From the NCBI GenBank assembly GCA_963769935.1, contig CAVYNY010000010.1:1-64000 (forward strand): DNA of 64,000 nt, given 5' to 3'. Source of the stretch: an uncultured delta proteobacterium (GTDB taxonomy: Bacteria > Desulfobacterota > Desulfobacteria > Desulfobacterales > JAFDCJ01). Made by a program: the position numbers and the translations under genes. A model generated the notes under the pieces. That model saw nothing but the letters and a program-made list of their open reading frames with translations, searched no databases and was not told the DNA's origin. The first letter of the stretch is position 1. Each line of letters opens with the position of its first letter. Below are positions 29,847 through 41,308 of the stretch, in pieces.

Positions 29847-29947
29847 ATCGGTAATGATGGATTCAACAGACGGTGAGTCCCGGATAACCGATTTCTTCCG
29901 CTCGATTTCAAATTGCTCGACCTGGGCCTTGAGCACCAGCCGACCGG

Positions 29948-31420
29948 CTAGAAGAGGTGGGCGACATCCGATATGATCTGCTTGGTTTTCTCGCCGATAT
30001 CCTCAACAATTGCAGGATCCATTTTCAGTATTTGAGCGGATTCGAGCTCGGCATAATCCAATTCATCCTCAAAAAGACTGAAGCCGATTTTGCGGGTCAG
30101 CAAATTGGCCAGATGAACAACCAGTATCTCCTTGTCGGTATCCGGGCTTAAGCCCTTGTCTTCATGGTGGGTCAGGACATTGATGAAGTCTTCATCAAAT
30201 CCCCACCGTTTGAGCAGCAGACTGCCGAGGCTGAGGTGGGCTTCCTGAATAAGGGTTGTAATTGCATTCATGTTGAGTTTTCTATCTTTGGAAGCTTCCG
30301 TAAAGGCTTTCAGCAGCAATATCTTGCCGATATCATGGGTCAGCCCCATCAGGAAAAATTTTTCCGAGTCGTCTAACTTTAAATTTTGCGCGATCAGTTT
30401 TGAACCGTACGCGCTCGCCAGTGAATGCACCCACAGCTTGTCCATTAAAATTCTGAATTGAACCTTGTCGGTGCTGTAAAGGCTTTTATTGGCTATCGCC
30501 AGAACAATGTTCAAGGTCTCTTTGAGTCCCAGACGCGGCAGAGCGCTTTTGACATTGCGTATCTCGGTGACCCCGCGGTAGATGGGGCTGTTGGCCACCG
30601 AAATCAGGCGCAGGGATATGACCGGATCTTTTTCGATAACCTGGGCCAATTCATCAGATGTCGACTTCGGCCGTTTGACAACCGCCTGGACTTCACGCAC
30701 CACTTGCGGCATCACGGGTGGGTTCATTTTGCCGGCCGTAAATTTTTGCAGGATGTTGGTGAAGATGCTTCGCATGGAAGCCGTTTCTTTTTTCAACAGA
30801 TAATCTTCGGATTTGCCGGAGTTGGCTTCAACAAAGGTAATAAAATCGTCGATGAGCGTTTTGTCGAACAGCTGCTCGGCCTTGCCTTTTATATTTTCCA
30901 GAGCGGCTTCTATGCTCAAGCCCCTGGCCGAGAAACGGGGAAACACCAGGTTGTCAAAATAGTTGAAGAGTCCTATGATCCTGGCCCCTAAAGGAATTTT
31001 GTCGCCTTCGATGCCATCCGGATATCCGCTGCCGTCCATGGCTTCATGATGGTGGCGTACCATCGGTAAGAGGGGCTTCAGATAGCTGAAGTTTGACAAA
31101 ACTTTCTCTCCGCTGACGGGATGTCTTTTTATCCGAATCATTTCTTCTTCCGTAAGCGGTTCGGAACTTTTCAATATCTCTATCGGAACTGCAACGATGC
31201 CGATATCGTGCAGCAAACCGGCGAAAAAGACCATTTCAATATCTTCGGCATCAAGGATCTTAAATTGCTCACAAAAATTGGCGCAATTATTGGCAACGCA
31301 TTCTGAATGCTTTTTTAAAAACGGATCCTTCTCTTCAAGCAGGGCGACCAGCGTTTTGACAACCTCTAAAACCAGATCTCTCACTTCAGCTTTCGACTGC
31401 GGAATTTTTATCTCGGGCAT
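29948..31420 (-). CDS. HD-GYP plus HDOD signalling protein
   Basis: HDIG, HHEAMDGSGYPDG; DPVISLRLISVANS, LWVHS, HDIGK. Confidence 0.88.
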   Translation of the reverse strand: MPEIKIPQSKAEVRDLVLEVVKTLVALLEEKDPFLKKHSECVANNCANFCEQFKILDAEDIEMVFFAGLLHDIGIVAVPIEILKSSEPLTEEEMIRIKRHPVSGEKVLSNFSYLKPLLPMVRHHHEAMDGSGYPDGIEGDKIPLGARIIGLFNYFDNLVFPRFSARGLSIEAALENIKGKAEQLFDKTLIDDFITFVEANSGKSEDYLLKKETASMRSIFTNILQKFTAGKMNPPVMPQVVREVQAVVKRPKSTSDELAQVIEKDPVISLRLISVANSPIYRGVTEIRNVKSALPRLGLKETLNIVLAIANKSLYSTDKVQFRILMDKLWVHSLASAYGSKLIAQNLKLDDSEKFFLMGLTHDIGKILLLKAFTEASKDRKLNMNAITTLIQEAHLSLGSLLLKRWGFDEDFINVLTHHEDKGLSPDTDKEILVVHLANLLTRKIGFSLFEDELDYAELESAQILKMDPAIVEDIGEKTKQIISDVAHLF

Positions 31421-31756
31421 GCTGATTCTTCTTTTCGATAGGGAATTAAATTTAATGCTTGCACGCGTTTCACTATAAGCTTATAAAATTTAACGGTTTT
31501 TTGTCAAGTGAAACCGTCGGGGTCAATTGATTGAAGGGGTGCTTGCAAGCAAGTCTCCGGCTAAAATAAAGAGCCGGGTTGCAATTTGGAGTCAAATGCA
31601 CATAGTATAACCTCATCATATTTGAAAACATGACAATTATGATTTGACACACACCTGTCTTTTCCATATTATTCGCTGGGAATACATAGGTTTACACCTG
31701 CTTCCAACGAATGCCGGCGAAGAACTGCATCTGAAACGCGACACCCCGATAAAGGT

Positions 31757-34511
31757 ATGACGATTATGGATCTTCCTGCAACCTTTAATGCGGATTACAT
31801 TGACGCCCAATATAAGCTGTGGAAAACGGAACCGGAAAAAATTTCCCGGGAATGGCGCTTATTCTTTGAAGGTTTTGAACTGGCTGCCGCCGGAAAAATG
31901 CCCGCGGAAGAAACGGTCACCGGAGATCAGCTGGAGCGGCAATCGCGGGTGCAAACCCTTATCGACCGCTACCGGGACATCGGACATCTGATGGCCTGCC
32001 TTGATCCCCTGACAACGTGTCCGGCGGATCATCCGCTTTTAAATCTGGCGGCCTTTGATCTTACCCCCCAGGACCTGGACCGTGAATTTCTGGCCCGAAG
32101 TCCTGCCGAATCAGGCCGAATGCTGCTGCGTGAAATCATTCAGAACCTGAAAGAAACGTATTGCCGTTCCATCGGTGTGGAGTTCATGCACCTGCAGGAT
32201 CCGAATGAAAGACAATGGCTGCTGGATCGAATGGAGCCGGTGCGCAACCGGCCGCAAATGAGCGCTGCGGAAAAAAGGCACATATTGGAAAAACTTTATC
32301 AGGCCGCCCTGCTTGAACAGTTTCTCAATAAAAAATACATGGCGGTGACACGGTTTTCCCTGGAAGGCGCCGATGCAATCATTCCGGCCCTGTCCGGCCT
32401 GATCGAACACGTCACGCCCAAGGGATGCCGGGAAATTATCCTCGGTACGGCCCATCGTGGAAGGCTGAACATCCAGGCCCATATCCTGCACAAACCGTAC
32501 GAAGATATTTTTAGTGAATTTGAAAATTGCTATAACCCGGATGATCTGTTCGGCGCCGGTGACGTAAAATATCACAACGGATATCTGGCCGATATTGTCA
32601 CCGCCGAAGATCACAGCCTGCGAATTTTTCTGATGAACAATCCCAGCCATCTGGAGTTGGTGAATCCGGTGGTGGAGGGCTTTGTGCGGGCCCGGCAGGA
32701 CATGACTGCCGACCGGAATCGAAGCGGGGTGCTGGCATTGCTGGTGCATGGCGACGCCGCGTTTGCCGGTCAGGGCATCGTGGCTGAAACGCTGAACATG
32801 TCACAGCTTGAGGGCTATCGAACCGGCGGTACCGTTCACATCGTCATCAACAACCAGATCGGATACACCACCTTACCTGAAGACGCCCGCTCCACGCGAT
32901 ATTCGACCGATGTCGCCAAGATGCTCATGGTACCGATTTTTCATGTGCACGGCGAGGACCCGGAAGCCCTCCTTCACGTAGTTCGGCTCGCCGCGGACTA
33001 CCGGTGGGAATTCGGCAAAGACGTTGTCGTCGATGTGGTTTGCTACCGGCGCTACGGACACAACGAAGGCGATGAGCCGTATTTTACCCAGCCGTTGATG
33101 TACGAGCGAATTCGGCAGCGTCCGTCCCTGCACCAGGTTTACGCTGAAAAACTCCTCGAGGAGAAAATTATTCGACAAGACGACATCGAATCGCTGGACA
33201 CAGCCTTTAACACGGCATTGAACACGGCCTACGAAACGGTCCACAACAGCGAATGTCCTTTTCCGACGCCCCGCTTTTATCAAAACTGGGAAAAATTCCA
33301 CGGAAATTATTCCCATAATTCCGCCCATACCGGTGTCGCCAAAGAAAAGCTCATCTCTCTGATCGTGAAGCTGGGCGAGCTGCCCGACGGATTTGCTTTA
33401 AATTCGAAACTGGAGCGGCTGCTGAACAAACGTATCCAAACGGTTGAGCAGGGATACGGCATTGACTGGGCCTGCGCCGAAGCACTGGCCTTTGCCACTC
33501 TGTTGACGGAAGGGGTCCCCATTCGTCTAAGCGGCCAGGACAGCAGCCGGGGGACGTTCAGCCAGCGCCACAGCGTATTGGTGGATACCACGACCGGCAG
33601 CCGGTTTACACCCTTGAACAATCTGGCTGAAAACCAGGGGCCTTTTTATGTCTATGACAGCCTGTTATCAGAAATAGGGGTGCTTGGTTTTGAATACGGC
33701 TATTCGGTCGCCCAACCCGATGGGCTGGAGCTGTGGGAGGCTCAATTCGGAGATTTTGTCAACAACGCCCAGTCGATGGTTGATCTTTTTATTGCCAGCG
33801 GGGAAGCCAAGTGGCAGCGCCTGAGCGGTCTGGTGCTGCTGCTGCCCCATGGATTCGAGGGATTGGGTCCCGAACATTCCAGTGCCCGCCTGGAACGCTT
33901 TCTGCAGCTGTGTGCCGGAGACAATATCCAGGTTTGCCAGCCCACGACCCCGGCCCAGTATTTTCATCTGTTGCGCAGGCAGGTAAAAAGCAGTTATCGC
34001 AAACCGCTGATCATCCTGACGCCCAAAAGCCTGCTGCGCCATCCCATGGCGGTTTCCGGCCTTGAAGAATTTGACACCGGCGCTTTTGAAAGCGTACTGA
34101 ATGATGCCGCGTGATGTAGGGGATCCGAAAACCGTCCTGTTTTGCAGCGGCAAGCTCTATTATGAACTGGCAGCCCGGCGCAGGGAGCTGGACATCTCCA
34201 ACATCGCAATTATTCGAATTGAACAGTTTTATCCATTCCCCCAAAATCGAATAAAAAAATTAGCCAAACATTTTTCCGGTGCCAAAAAGTGGTGTTGGGT
34301 CCAGGAAGAACCTCAAAACATGGGCGGCTGGCAATTCATGCAGCCCCGCCTGGAAGAAATCTTGAAACACAACGTGACGTACATCGGCCGCGGGGCGTCT
34401 GCCAGCCCGGCCACCGGTTTTGCGGCAATCTTCAAGCAGCAGCAAAGCGAGATTCTCCGCAAGGCCGTAGGACCGCTGAGCGGAGTCAGGCAAGAGGCAG
34501 CGGTCAGCTAG
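31757..34511 (+). CDS. sucA: 2-oxoglutarate dehydrogenase E1, split by a +1 frameshift near 34105-34112 (pseudogene or sequence error)
   Basis: RFSLEG, AHRGRLN, HGDAAFAGQG, WEAQFGDF; C-terminal CSGK...WVQEEP in 34101-34511. Confidence 0.92.
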
Positions 34512-34778
34512 GTCCGTTGCCCGTGGTCGGTGGCTGTTGATCCGTTGGGAATCAACACGGCTTGCCGGATAATCTCGGTACTGGAGTGATGGAGGATTGG
34601 CGGGTTGAAAATAAGACATCAATTTTTCAGCCATTACTCCAACACTCCGGTACTGCAACCTGTCCCGTCGAAGTTACGCCGATGCGTGACGAAGGCGGAT
34701 ACTCTAAAACTAACTAAATTTGTCCTGTTTTAGCGACATATATCAAAAAAACAATCAACGGACATTGCAGGAGTCAAC

Positions 34779-36146
34779 ATGGTCATTGAAATTAGAGTCC
34801 CCAGTGTCGGAGAATCCGTTACGGAAGCGCTGCTGGCCCAGTGGTTTAAAAAAGACGGCGACCGGGTGCAAAAAGATGAGCCGCTTTTTGTGATCGAAAC
34901 CGATAAGGTCACACTGGAAGTCGTGGCCGAGGAAGACGGCGTCCTGACGATTAAAGTGCCGGAAGGCGAGACGGTGGCCATCGGAGCCCTGGTCGGCACC
35001 CTGGATACGGAGGCGGCTCCCAAAGCCGCGGCGGCCAAAGATGCCCCCCGAACCGAGGAAGCCAAAGCGGCAACGCCGGCAGCTGCCCGGGCGCCGGAAG
35101 AAAGAGCACCCAAACCGCCGCCGGAAAAAGAGCTTCAGGAACCTGGCGATACTATTCCACCACCGGCGGCACCGCAGTCCACACCCATCCGGCAGGAGCC
35201 CAAAGAGCCTGCGGCAACCGACCGCCAACTGGCACCGTCCGTGCGACGGCTGGTGGCGGAAAACAACCTGAATCCCTCTCAAATTCCGGGAACCGGCCCC
35301 CACGGCCGCATCACCAAAGGCGATGTTATTTTATACCTGGAAAGCCGCCGGGCGGCAGCGTCGGCCGGCAAAGGCGATCAGGCCATCGAACCTGCCGCCG
35401 GGCAACCCACAGCCGGTGTCCAGCCCGCCGCGGTTCTGCCGGACACGGAACTCGTCCAACGCAAGCCCATGAGCCCCATCCGCCGGCGCATCGCCGCCCG
35501 CCTCCTTGAAGCAAAACAAAACACGGCCATGCTTACGACATTTAATGAAATCGATATGGACAATGTCATGACCCTGCGCCGGCAGTATAAAGAATCATTT
35601 AAGCAGAAATACGGCGTTAATCTGGGCATGATGTCTTTTTTTATCAAAGCCAGCATCGAGGCGCTCAGGGAAATTTCTCGAATTAACGCCTTTATAGACG
35701 GCAAGGATTTTATCGAACATCACTACTACCATATTGGGGTGGCGGTGGGCTCCGAACGCGGCTTGGTGGTTCCGGTCATCCGGCATGCCGATCGGCTGAG
35801 TTTCGCCGGCCTGGAACAGGCGATCGTTGATTTTGTCAAAAAGATCAATGAAAATCGTCTTGAAATCTCCGATCTGGAAGGCGGTACGTTTACCATCAGC
35901 AACGGCGGCGTTTACGGCTCTTTGCTGAGCACTCCTATTTTGAACACACCCCAAAGCGCGATTCTGGGAATGCACAAAATCGAGAAAAGGCCGGTGGTCA
36001 TCGACGATCAAATCGTCATCCGTCCCATGATGTATGTGGCGTTGAGCTATGATCACCGTATCGTGGACGGCAGGGAAGCGGTCACGTTCCTCAAGCGGAT
36101 CAAGGAATGTGTGGAAAATCCGGAACGCATGTTAATGGAGATCTAA
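34779..36146 (+). CDS. sucB: Dihydrolipoamide succinyltransferase E2
   Basis: IETDKV lipoyl site; DHRIVDG. Confidence 0.95.
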   Translation: MVIEIRVPSVGESVTEALLAQWFKKDGDRVQKDEPLFVIETDKVTLEVVAEEDGVLTIKVPEGETVAIGALVGTLDTEAAPKAAAAKDAPRTEEAKAATPAAARAPEERAPKPPPEKELQEPGDTIPPPAAPQSTPIRQEPKEPAATDRQLAPSVRRLVAENNLNPSQIPGTGPHGRITKGDVILYLESRRAAASAGKGDQAIEPAAGQPTAGVQPAAVLPDTELVQRKPMSPIRRRIAARLLEAKQNTAMLTTFNEIDMDNVMTLRRQYKESFKQKYGVNLGMMSFFIKASIEALREISRINAFIDGKDFIEHHYYHIGVAVGSERGLVVPVIRHADRLSFAGLEQAIVDFVKKINENRLEISDLEGGTFTISNGGVYGSLLSTPILNTPQSAILGMHKIEKRPVVIDDQIVIRPMMYVALSYDHRIVDGREAVTFLKRIKECVENPERMLMEI

Positions 36147-36147
36147 A

Positions 36148-37575
36148 ATGGCCAAATCACAAAACTATGACGTCGTCATTATCGGCAGTGGTCCCGGCGG
36201 GTATGTGGCCGCAGTTCGCGCCGCTCAGCTCGGCCTGAAAGCTGCCTGTATTGAAAAAGAACCCCGCCTGGGAGGCGTCTGCCTGAATGTCGGGTGCATT
36301 CCCAGCAAAGCCCTGCTTGATTCCAGTGAATACTACCTGCTGGCCAAAGAGCAGTTCGCAGACCATGGGATCAAAATCGGCAAAGTCGGCCTGGATCTTC
36401 CCGTCATGATGGCCCGCAAGGAAAAAGTGGTTTATGAGCTGACCGAAAATGTCAGAAAGCTCCTTGAAGGCCATAAAATCGATATCATTCACGGTACGGC
36501 CAGACTGGCCGGGGCGGACCGGGTCGAAGTAGCGGTCCATTCCGACGGATCTGAAAAGGCAGCGGGGTTGAACCTGCAGGCCGGTGCCATCATTTTAGCG
36601 ACCGGCAGTGAACCGCTTGCGCTGCCGGATGCGGGGTTTGACGGCCGGCATATTGTCAGCTCACGCGAGGCCTTAACCTTTGATTCCGTGCCCAAACATC
36701 TCGGCATTGTCGGCGGCGGGTACATCGGACTGGAGTTGGGCTCGGTGTGGCTTCGACTGGGCGCCAAAGTAACGGTGATCGAAATGCTGCCAAATATCGC
36801 CACTGGCCTGGATGGACAGGTCGGTCGCAAGCTGCAGCGGGTGCTCAAGCGCCAGGGGATCGACTTTAAGTTGCAAACCAAAGTGACCGGTGCCGAAATC
36901 TCGGACAAATCCGTAAGGGTGAACCTGGAGACCAAAAAAGGGGCGGAAACATTAACCTGCCACCCCCTGTTAATCAGCGTCGGACGACGTCCCCTGACCC
37001 GGGGCCTGGGCCTGGACGAGGTGGGAGTTAAAACCGACCCCGACACCGGACACGTGCTGGTGGACGCGTCATATCGCACCAGCATCGATTCAATTTACGC
37101 CATCGGCGACCTGATTCCGGGACCGATGTTGGCCCACAAAGCATCGGCTGAAGGCATCGCCGCGGTGGAAGGCATCGCCGGCAAACCCGGTGAGGTTAAC
37201 TATGATGCCGTGCCGGCGGTCATTTATACCTGGCCCGAGGTTGCCAGCGTGGGGCTCACCGAGGAACAGGTCAAAGAGCGCGACATCCCCTATTGCACCG
37301 GCACCTACCCGTTTGCCGGCGCCGGGCGCGCCCGCTGCCTCGGCGAAACCGAAGGCTTTGTCAAAGTTATCGCCCACGGGAAAACCGATCGAGTTCTGGG
37401 GGTGCACATCATCGGTCCCCGGGCCGCCGATATGATCGCCGAGTGCGTTCTGGCCGTTGAGTTCGGCGCCAGCTCCGAGGACATCGCGCGCACCATCCAC
37501 GGTCATCCGACCTTTGCCGAAGCACTGCAGGAGGCGGCCATGGCGGTGCAGAAGTGCTCGATTTATGGGTCTTAA
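36148..37575 (+). CDS. lpdA: Dihydrolipoamide dehydrogenase E3
   Basis: GGVCLNVGCIPSK; HPTFAE. Confidence 0.95.
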   Translation: MAKSQNYDVVIIGSGPGGYVAAVRAAQLGLKAACIEKEPRLGGVCLNVGCIPSKALLDSSEYYLLAKEQFADHGIKIGKVGLDLPVMMARKEKVVYELTENVRKLLEGHKIDIIHGTARLAGADRVEVAVHSDGSEKAAGLNLQAGAIILATGSEPLALPDAGFDGRHIVSSREALTFDSVPKHLGIVGGGYIGLELGSVWLRLGAKVTVIEMLPNIATGLDGQVGRKLQRVLKRQGIDFKLQTKVTGAEISDKSVRVNLETKKGAETLTCHPLLISVGRRPLTRGLGLDEVGVKTDPDTGHVLVDASYRTSIDSIYAIGDLIPGPMLAHKASAEGIAAVEGIAGKPGEVNYDAVPAVIYTWPEVASVGLTEEQVKERDIPYCTGTYPFAGAGRARCLGETEGFVKVIAHGKTDRVLGVHIIGPRAADMIAECVLAVEFGASSEDIARTIHGHPTFAEALQEAAMAVQKCSIYGS

Positions 37576-37639
37576 AGCAAAAAAGGTTTCGGGTGTCAGG
37601 TGGGAGTGGTTTCCAGCCCAGCGACTACGCTGACACCTC

Positions 37640-37850
37640 ATATGAAACTACATCTCACACAGAGCGCTCAGAGATCACAGAGGTCTGGATTTACAGGCGC
37701 CTGCGGCGAAAGAAAAATGTTCTCTGCGGTCTCTGTGAGCTCTAACGGCTTGTCGGGTCGTAGCTCGAAGAGCGAAGCCTGAAAGTGGGCGTGATATTAA
37801 ATCCAACTGTGTCCGATTTCCAAAAGTTTCTTTTATGATCAGACCGGCCG
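37640..37850. repeat. Dispersed non-coding repeat, copy 2
   Basis: Near-identical to 17433-17640. Confidence 0.9.
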
Positions 37851-37894
37851 TTGTTTTGGCCGGCGGCGGGGCTGACACCTGAACACTGAAACCT

Positions 37895-38974
37895 CTATTT
37901 CCATGTCTCCCGCAGCACGCGCTCCCAGTTTGCATGGGCGATTTTGTGCAGGGAATCGTTGTCAAATCCCTGCTCGCGCAGAATCCTGACAAGTTTGGGC
38001 ATCCCTGCCACGTCGCCGAGTTCCTGCGGCATGATGGCGCCGTCAAAATCCGATCCCAGCGCGACATGCTCGATTCCGATACGGTGCGCGATGTAATTAA
38101 TATGGTTTGCAATTTCTTCAAGGGGCGTATCAGGATCCAAAAGACCGTCTTGGCGCAGAAAACCTACATGAAAGTTGATTCCCACAACCCCCTTGGACTC
38201 ACCGATGGCATCCAGCTGTTTATCGGTTAAATTGCGGGTGGCGGGGCAAAGGGCATGAACCCCCGCATGGGTTACCACCAGCGGCGCATCTGTGATCTCG
38301 GCTGCATCCCAGAAGCCTTTTTCATTGATATGAGCCAGATCGATCATAATACCGAGCCGGTTGCAGGCCGTTGCCAATTCCCGCCCCGCCTCGCTCAGGC
38401 CCGGGCCCGTGTCCGGCGATTGGGGAAACCGGAAGGGGACGCCGTGGGCGAAAATATTGGGGCGGCTCCAGGCAATCCCCAATGATCTCAGGCCGGCCTG
38501 GTAAAAAACTTCCAGAGACTCCAGCGCGGGGTCAATGGCTTCGGCGCCCTCAAAATGCAACACTACGGCGATAGTCCTGCGGCGCAGGCATTCAACCAGC
38601 TCCCCGGCAGTACGCACCACTTTGATCTGTCCCTTGGATTGAGCCTCAAGACGAAACAGACAGGCCATTCCCTTAATGGTAGTTCTTTGGGCGTGGGCCA
38701 AATCGACGGCCGGCGGCAACGGTAAATCATATGCCGCTTTACCGGATTTTGGATCTGCTCCCGGGAACCCATCGTCGAACGTATTTGAGGGTACAAATAT
38801 CGCAAAAAATCCGCCGGCGTATCCACCCTCCCGCATGCGCGGCAAATCAATGTGCCCCTGATCATTTCGCTTAAAAAAGGGCCGCGCTTTTCCATTTTTC
38901 GGTAGATAGATGCTTTGCAGAGCATCATTATGGCCGTCGAAAATCGGCAGGTCGTCAGGCATTATCATGATCAT
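37895..38974 (-). CDS. Membrane dipeptidase (peptidase M19)
   Basis: DGHND, HFEG, IDLAH, GSDFDG. Confidence 0.92.
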   Translation of the reverse strand: MIMIMPDDLPIFDGHNDALQSIYLPKNGKARPFFKRNDQGHIDLPRMREGGYAGGFFAIFVPSNTFDDGFPGADPKSGKAAYDLPLPPAVDLAHAQRTTIKGMACLFRLEAQSKGQIKVVRTAGELVECLRRRTIAVVLHFEGAEAIDPALESLEVFYQAGLRSLGIAWSRPNIFAHGVPFRFPQSPDTGPGLSEAGRELATACNRLGIMIDLAHINEKGFWDAAEITDAPLVVTHAGVHALCPATRNLTDKQLDAIGESKGVVGINFHVGFLRQDGLLDPDTPLEEIANHINYIAHRIGIEHVALGSDFDGAIMPQELGDVAGMPKLVRILREQGFDNDSLHKIAHANWERVLRETWK

Positions 38975-39324
38975 CCCATTTCAAAATAAGATTTAATTCA
39001 ACTCGATAGCTATCAAGCTTTGTTAAGCTTGTAAAGTTGGAATCCGGGCTTGCGGGCTTTAAACCTGTAACCGAGATCGGGTATTATTTTCATCTGCCTG
39101 AAGGAGTGTCTATTCAGTATTCGCAAGACTAGCGCAATAGTTCCAGTTGACCGCATGCCGGTTAAGTGCTAAATATTACTCCGGCCCGGCGAATTTCAAG
39201 CCGGGCAGGATGGCCTGGTCGTTGCTGAAAGTGAATGGTTTATGGTTTAATAATGATTAAAGGGAAAATTGCTATCCGTTAAATCCCGGCAATCTCAATT
39301 CCCAAAGTCAAATGCAGCTGAAAA

Positions 39325-40902
39325 GTGTCTCTCAATAATCAAGACACAGATTTTAAACAGGTTCTCGGTCTGCAAAAGGACCCATTTTCACCGGAACCGG
39401 ATCCCGCGTTCTACTATGCTTTTGATTCTTTTGAGCAGCGTCTGAAAGTATTGCGGGGATTGGTTCAGGGGACGGATATTCTGGTCCTGATTATCGGCGA
39501 GCCGGGCAGCGGCAAGACCACCCTGTTAAACCGTTATCTGGCCGCGGCCGAGGGTCAATGGAAATCCGTTCGGATTCTGACGGATCCGGACACCGCTTCG
39601 CCCCGCACAACGGATACGCTGGACCGCGGGGGGTATCCCGCCTATGTTCTGCAGGATTCAGAGAATCCCATCGTAATCGTCGACGATTCTCACAAGCTCC
39701 CTCAAAAGGAGTTGGAATTTCTGCTCCAGGAAGCACTGGTACCCGGCGGCACCAACAAAATCAAACGATTGGTTCTTTGCGGCGAATCTGATTTACATAC
39801 CAGGGTCACCCGGATTGCGACAACTTACACTGTGCAGCCGGCCGTCAACAAAATCTACCTGCCGGGGTTGACGGAAATGCAAACCGGCGCGTATCTCCAA
39901 CACCGGCTGGCAGCCGCCGGTTACACGGGAAAAAATCCTTTCAATTCTTCAGCGGTTAAAGACATTCATCAAACTTCGGGCGGATATCCGGGAGCTGTCA
40001 ATGAGATTGCCAATCAATGGCTCCGGGTAAAATATTCAACCCAGGAGGAAGGTCAAAGCATGTTGCAGCACTTTTCAACACCCTTACGACGCGTTGCCGT
40101 GTGGATTGCTGCCGGGGTCATTATCTTTTTGCTGGCGGTGTTTTGGTATTTACCGGGTCGCAAGCCGGCGGTATCAAAACCGCCGGATCAAACAGCAGCA
40201 AAAAAAGTGTTTCGTCAAAAGATAACGCAGAATCATCCGCCAGCCGAAACCGTAGTTCGCAAAAAAATAACCCTGGCCAAAGCCGCCACCCCATCGCCGG
40301 CCGAAATCAAGACACCTCAACCGGAAGCAATCGAGACACCTCAACCGGAAGCGATCAAGACACCTCAACCGGAAGCGATCAAGACACCCCAACCGGAAGC
40401 GATCAAGACGTCACCCCAGCCACCGCCGGAAATTAAGACGCAACAGACGGCCAAGGCAGAAACTGCGCTGGCGGAACCGGCTGTTGCCGCGCCGGTAAAG
40501 GAAGCGCCGCTGCAGAAAATTCAAATCCAACCGGCACCCCTGCCGGCGGCGCCAAGCACATCTGCGACTCCCGGAACGATAGCGGATAAAGGAGCAGTCC
40601 AGCGCGAGAAATGGCTTCTATCCCAGGATGCGGCATCTTATACGATCCAGATCATGGGCGTTCACAATGAGCAATCAATCTTTGAATTCATCGAAAAGAA
40701 CCAACTATTGCAGCAAAACGAAATTGCCTATTACGAGTCGACTTTTCAAGGTAAGGCTTGGTACCAGCTGCTGTATGGCCTATATCCGACAAGGCAGGCG
40801 GCTGAACTGGCCGCAAATAATCTACCTGAAAATATCCGCCGGGCCGGACCTTGGATAAGAAAAATGGCGGGTATCCAAAAAACGATTAAAGACAGGGGAT
40901 AG
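39325..40902 (+). CDS. ExeA-like AAA ATPase with TM segment and SPOR domain (DamX-like)
   Basis: GEPGSGKTT, YLQHRL, YTIQI, WYQLLYGLY, PWIR. Confidence 0.8.
   Translation: MSLNNQDTDFKQVLGLQKDPFSPEPDPAFYYAFDSFEQRLKVLRGLVQGTDILVLIIGEPGSGKTTLLNRYLAAAEGQWKSVRILTDPDTASPRTTDTLDRGGYPAYVLQDSENPIVIVDDSHKLPQKELEFLLQEALVPGGTNKIKRLVLCGESDLHTRVTRIATTYTVQPAVNKIYLPGLTEMQTGAYLQHRLAAAGYTGKNPFNSSAVKDIHQTSGGYPGAVNEIANQWLRVKYSTQEEGQSMLQHFSTPLRRVAVWIAAGVIIFLLAVFWYLPGRKPAVSKPPDQTAAKKVFRQKITQNHPPAETVVRKKITLAKAATPSPAEIKTPQPEAIETPQPEAIKTPQPEAIKTPQPEAIKTSPQPPPEIKTQQTAKAETALAEPAVAAPVKEAPLQKIQIQPAPLPAAPSTSATPGTIADKGAVQREKWLLSQDAASYTIQIMGVHNEQSIFEFIEKNQLLQQNEIAYYESTFQGKAWYQLLYGLYPTRQAAELAANNLPENIRRAGPWIRKMAGIQKTIKDRG
40306..40410 (+). 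repeat. 24-bp coding tandem repeat, about 4.4 units (IKTPQPEA)
   Basis: ATCAAGACACCTCAACCGGAAGCG units. Confidence 0.95.
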
Positions 40903-40917
40903 CTGTAATGCTTGATG

Positions 40918-41034
40918 CTAATCTTCAGAATTTTTCTCCGACCCCAGCATCTCTTCGGTCTCCATCCACATTACGTTGATGATCCCAAAGGCACAGGCCA
41001 GCAAGACGCCTAAAATCCATGCAAAGTACCACAT
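40918..41034 (-). CDS. cydX: Cytochrome bd small subunit CydX (38 aa, absent from the ORF track)
   Basis: MWYFAWILGVLLACAFGIINVMW; downstream of cydB; GAGGA RBS. Confidence 0.92.
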   Translation of the reverse strand: MWYFAWILGVLLACAFGIINVMWMETEEMLGSEKNSED

Positions 41035-41308
41035 ATTATATCCTCAGAACTCTTATTATTTCCGGTCTCGGATAGATTGTAGTTTAATGCGATGATCATT
41101 TTAACTAGAGTCCGTTGTCGGTTGTCCGTTGTATAAAATTGACAAAATGCAGTATACGATGTTGGACGTCCAATGTTCAATGTTCGATGTTCATTTTTTA
41201 ATTAGCCCCCCCGCCTGAAACTTGCCCAGGTCAAGGTTTCTTTTTCGACTAGACTGGCCGCTTTTCAGGCCAATGGCTGCGCTGATGTCTGACCACAGAC
41301 AACTGACA

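Noticed and set aside
34112..34114. TGA in sucA as selenocysteine
   Set aside because: Homology continues in a different frame and the position is not a conserved Cys; it is a frameshift
40306..40410. CRISPR array
   Set aside because: Head-to-tail coding repeat without spacers
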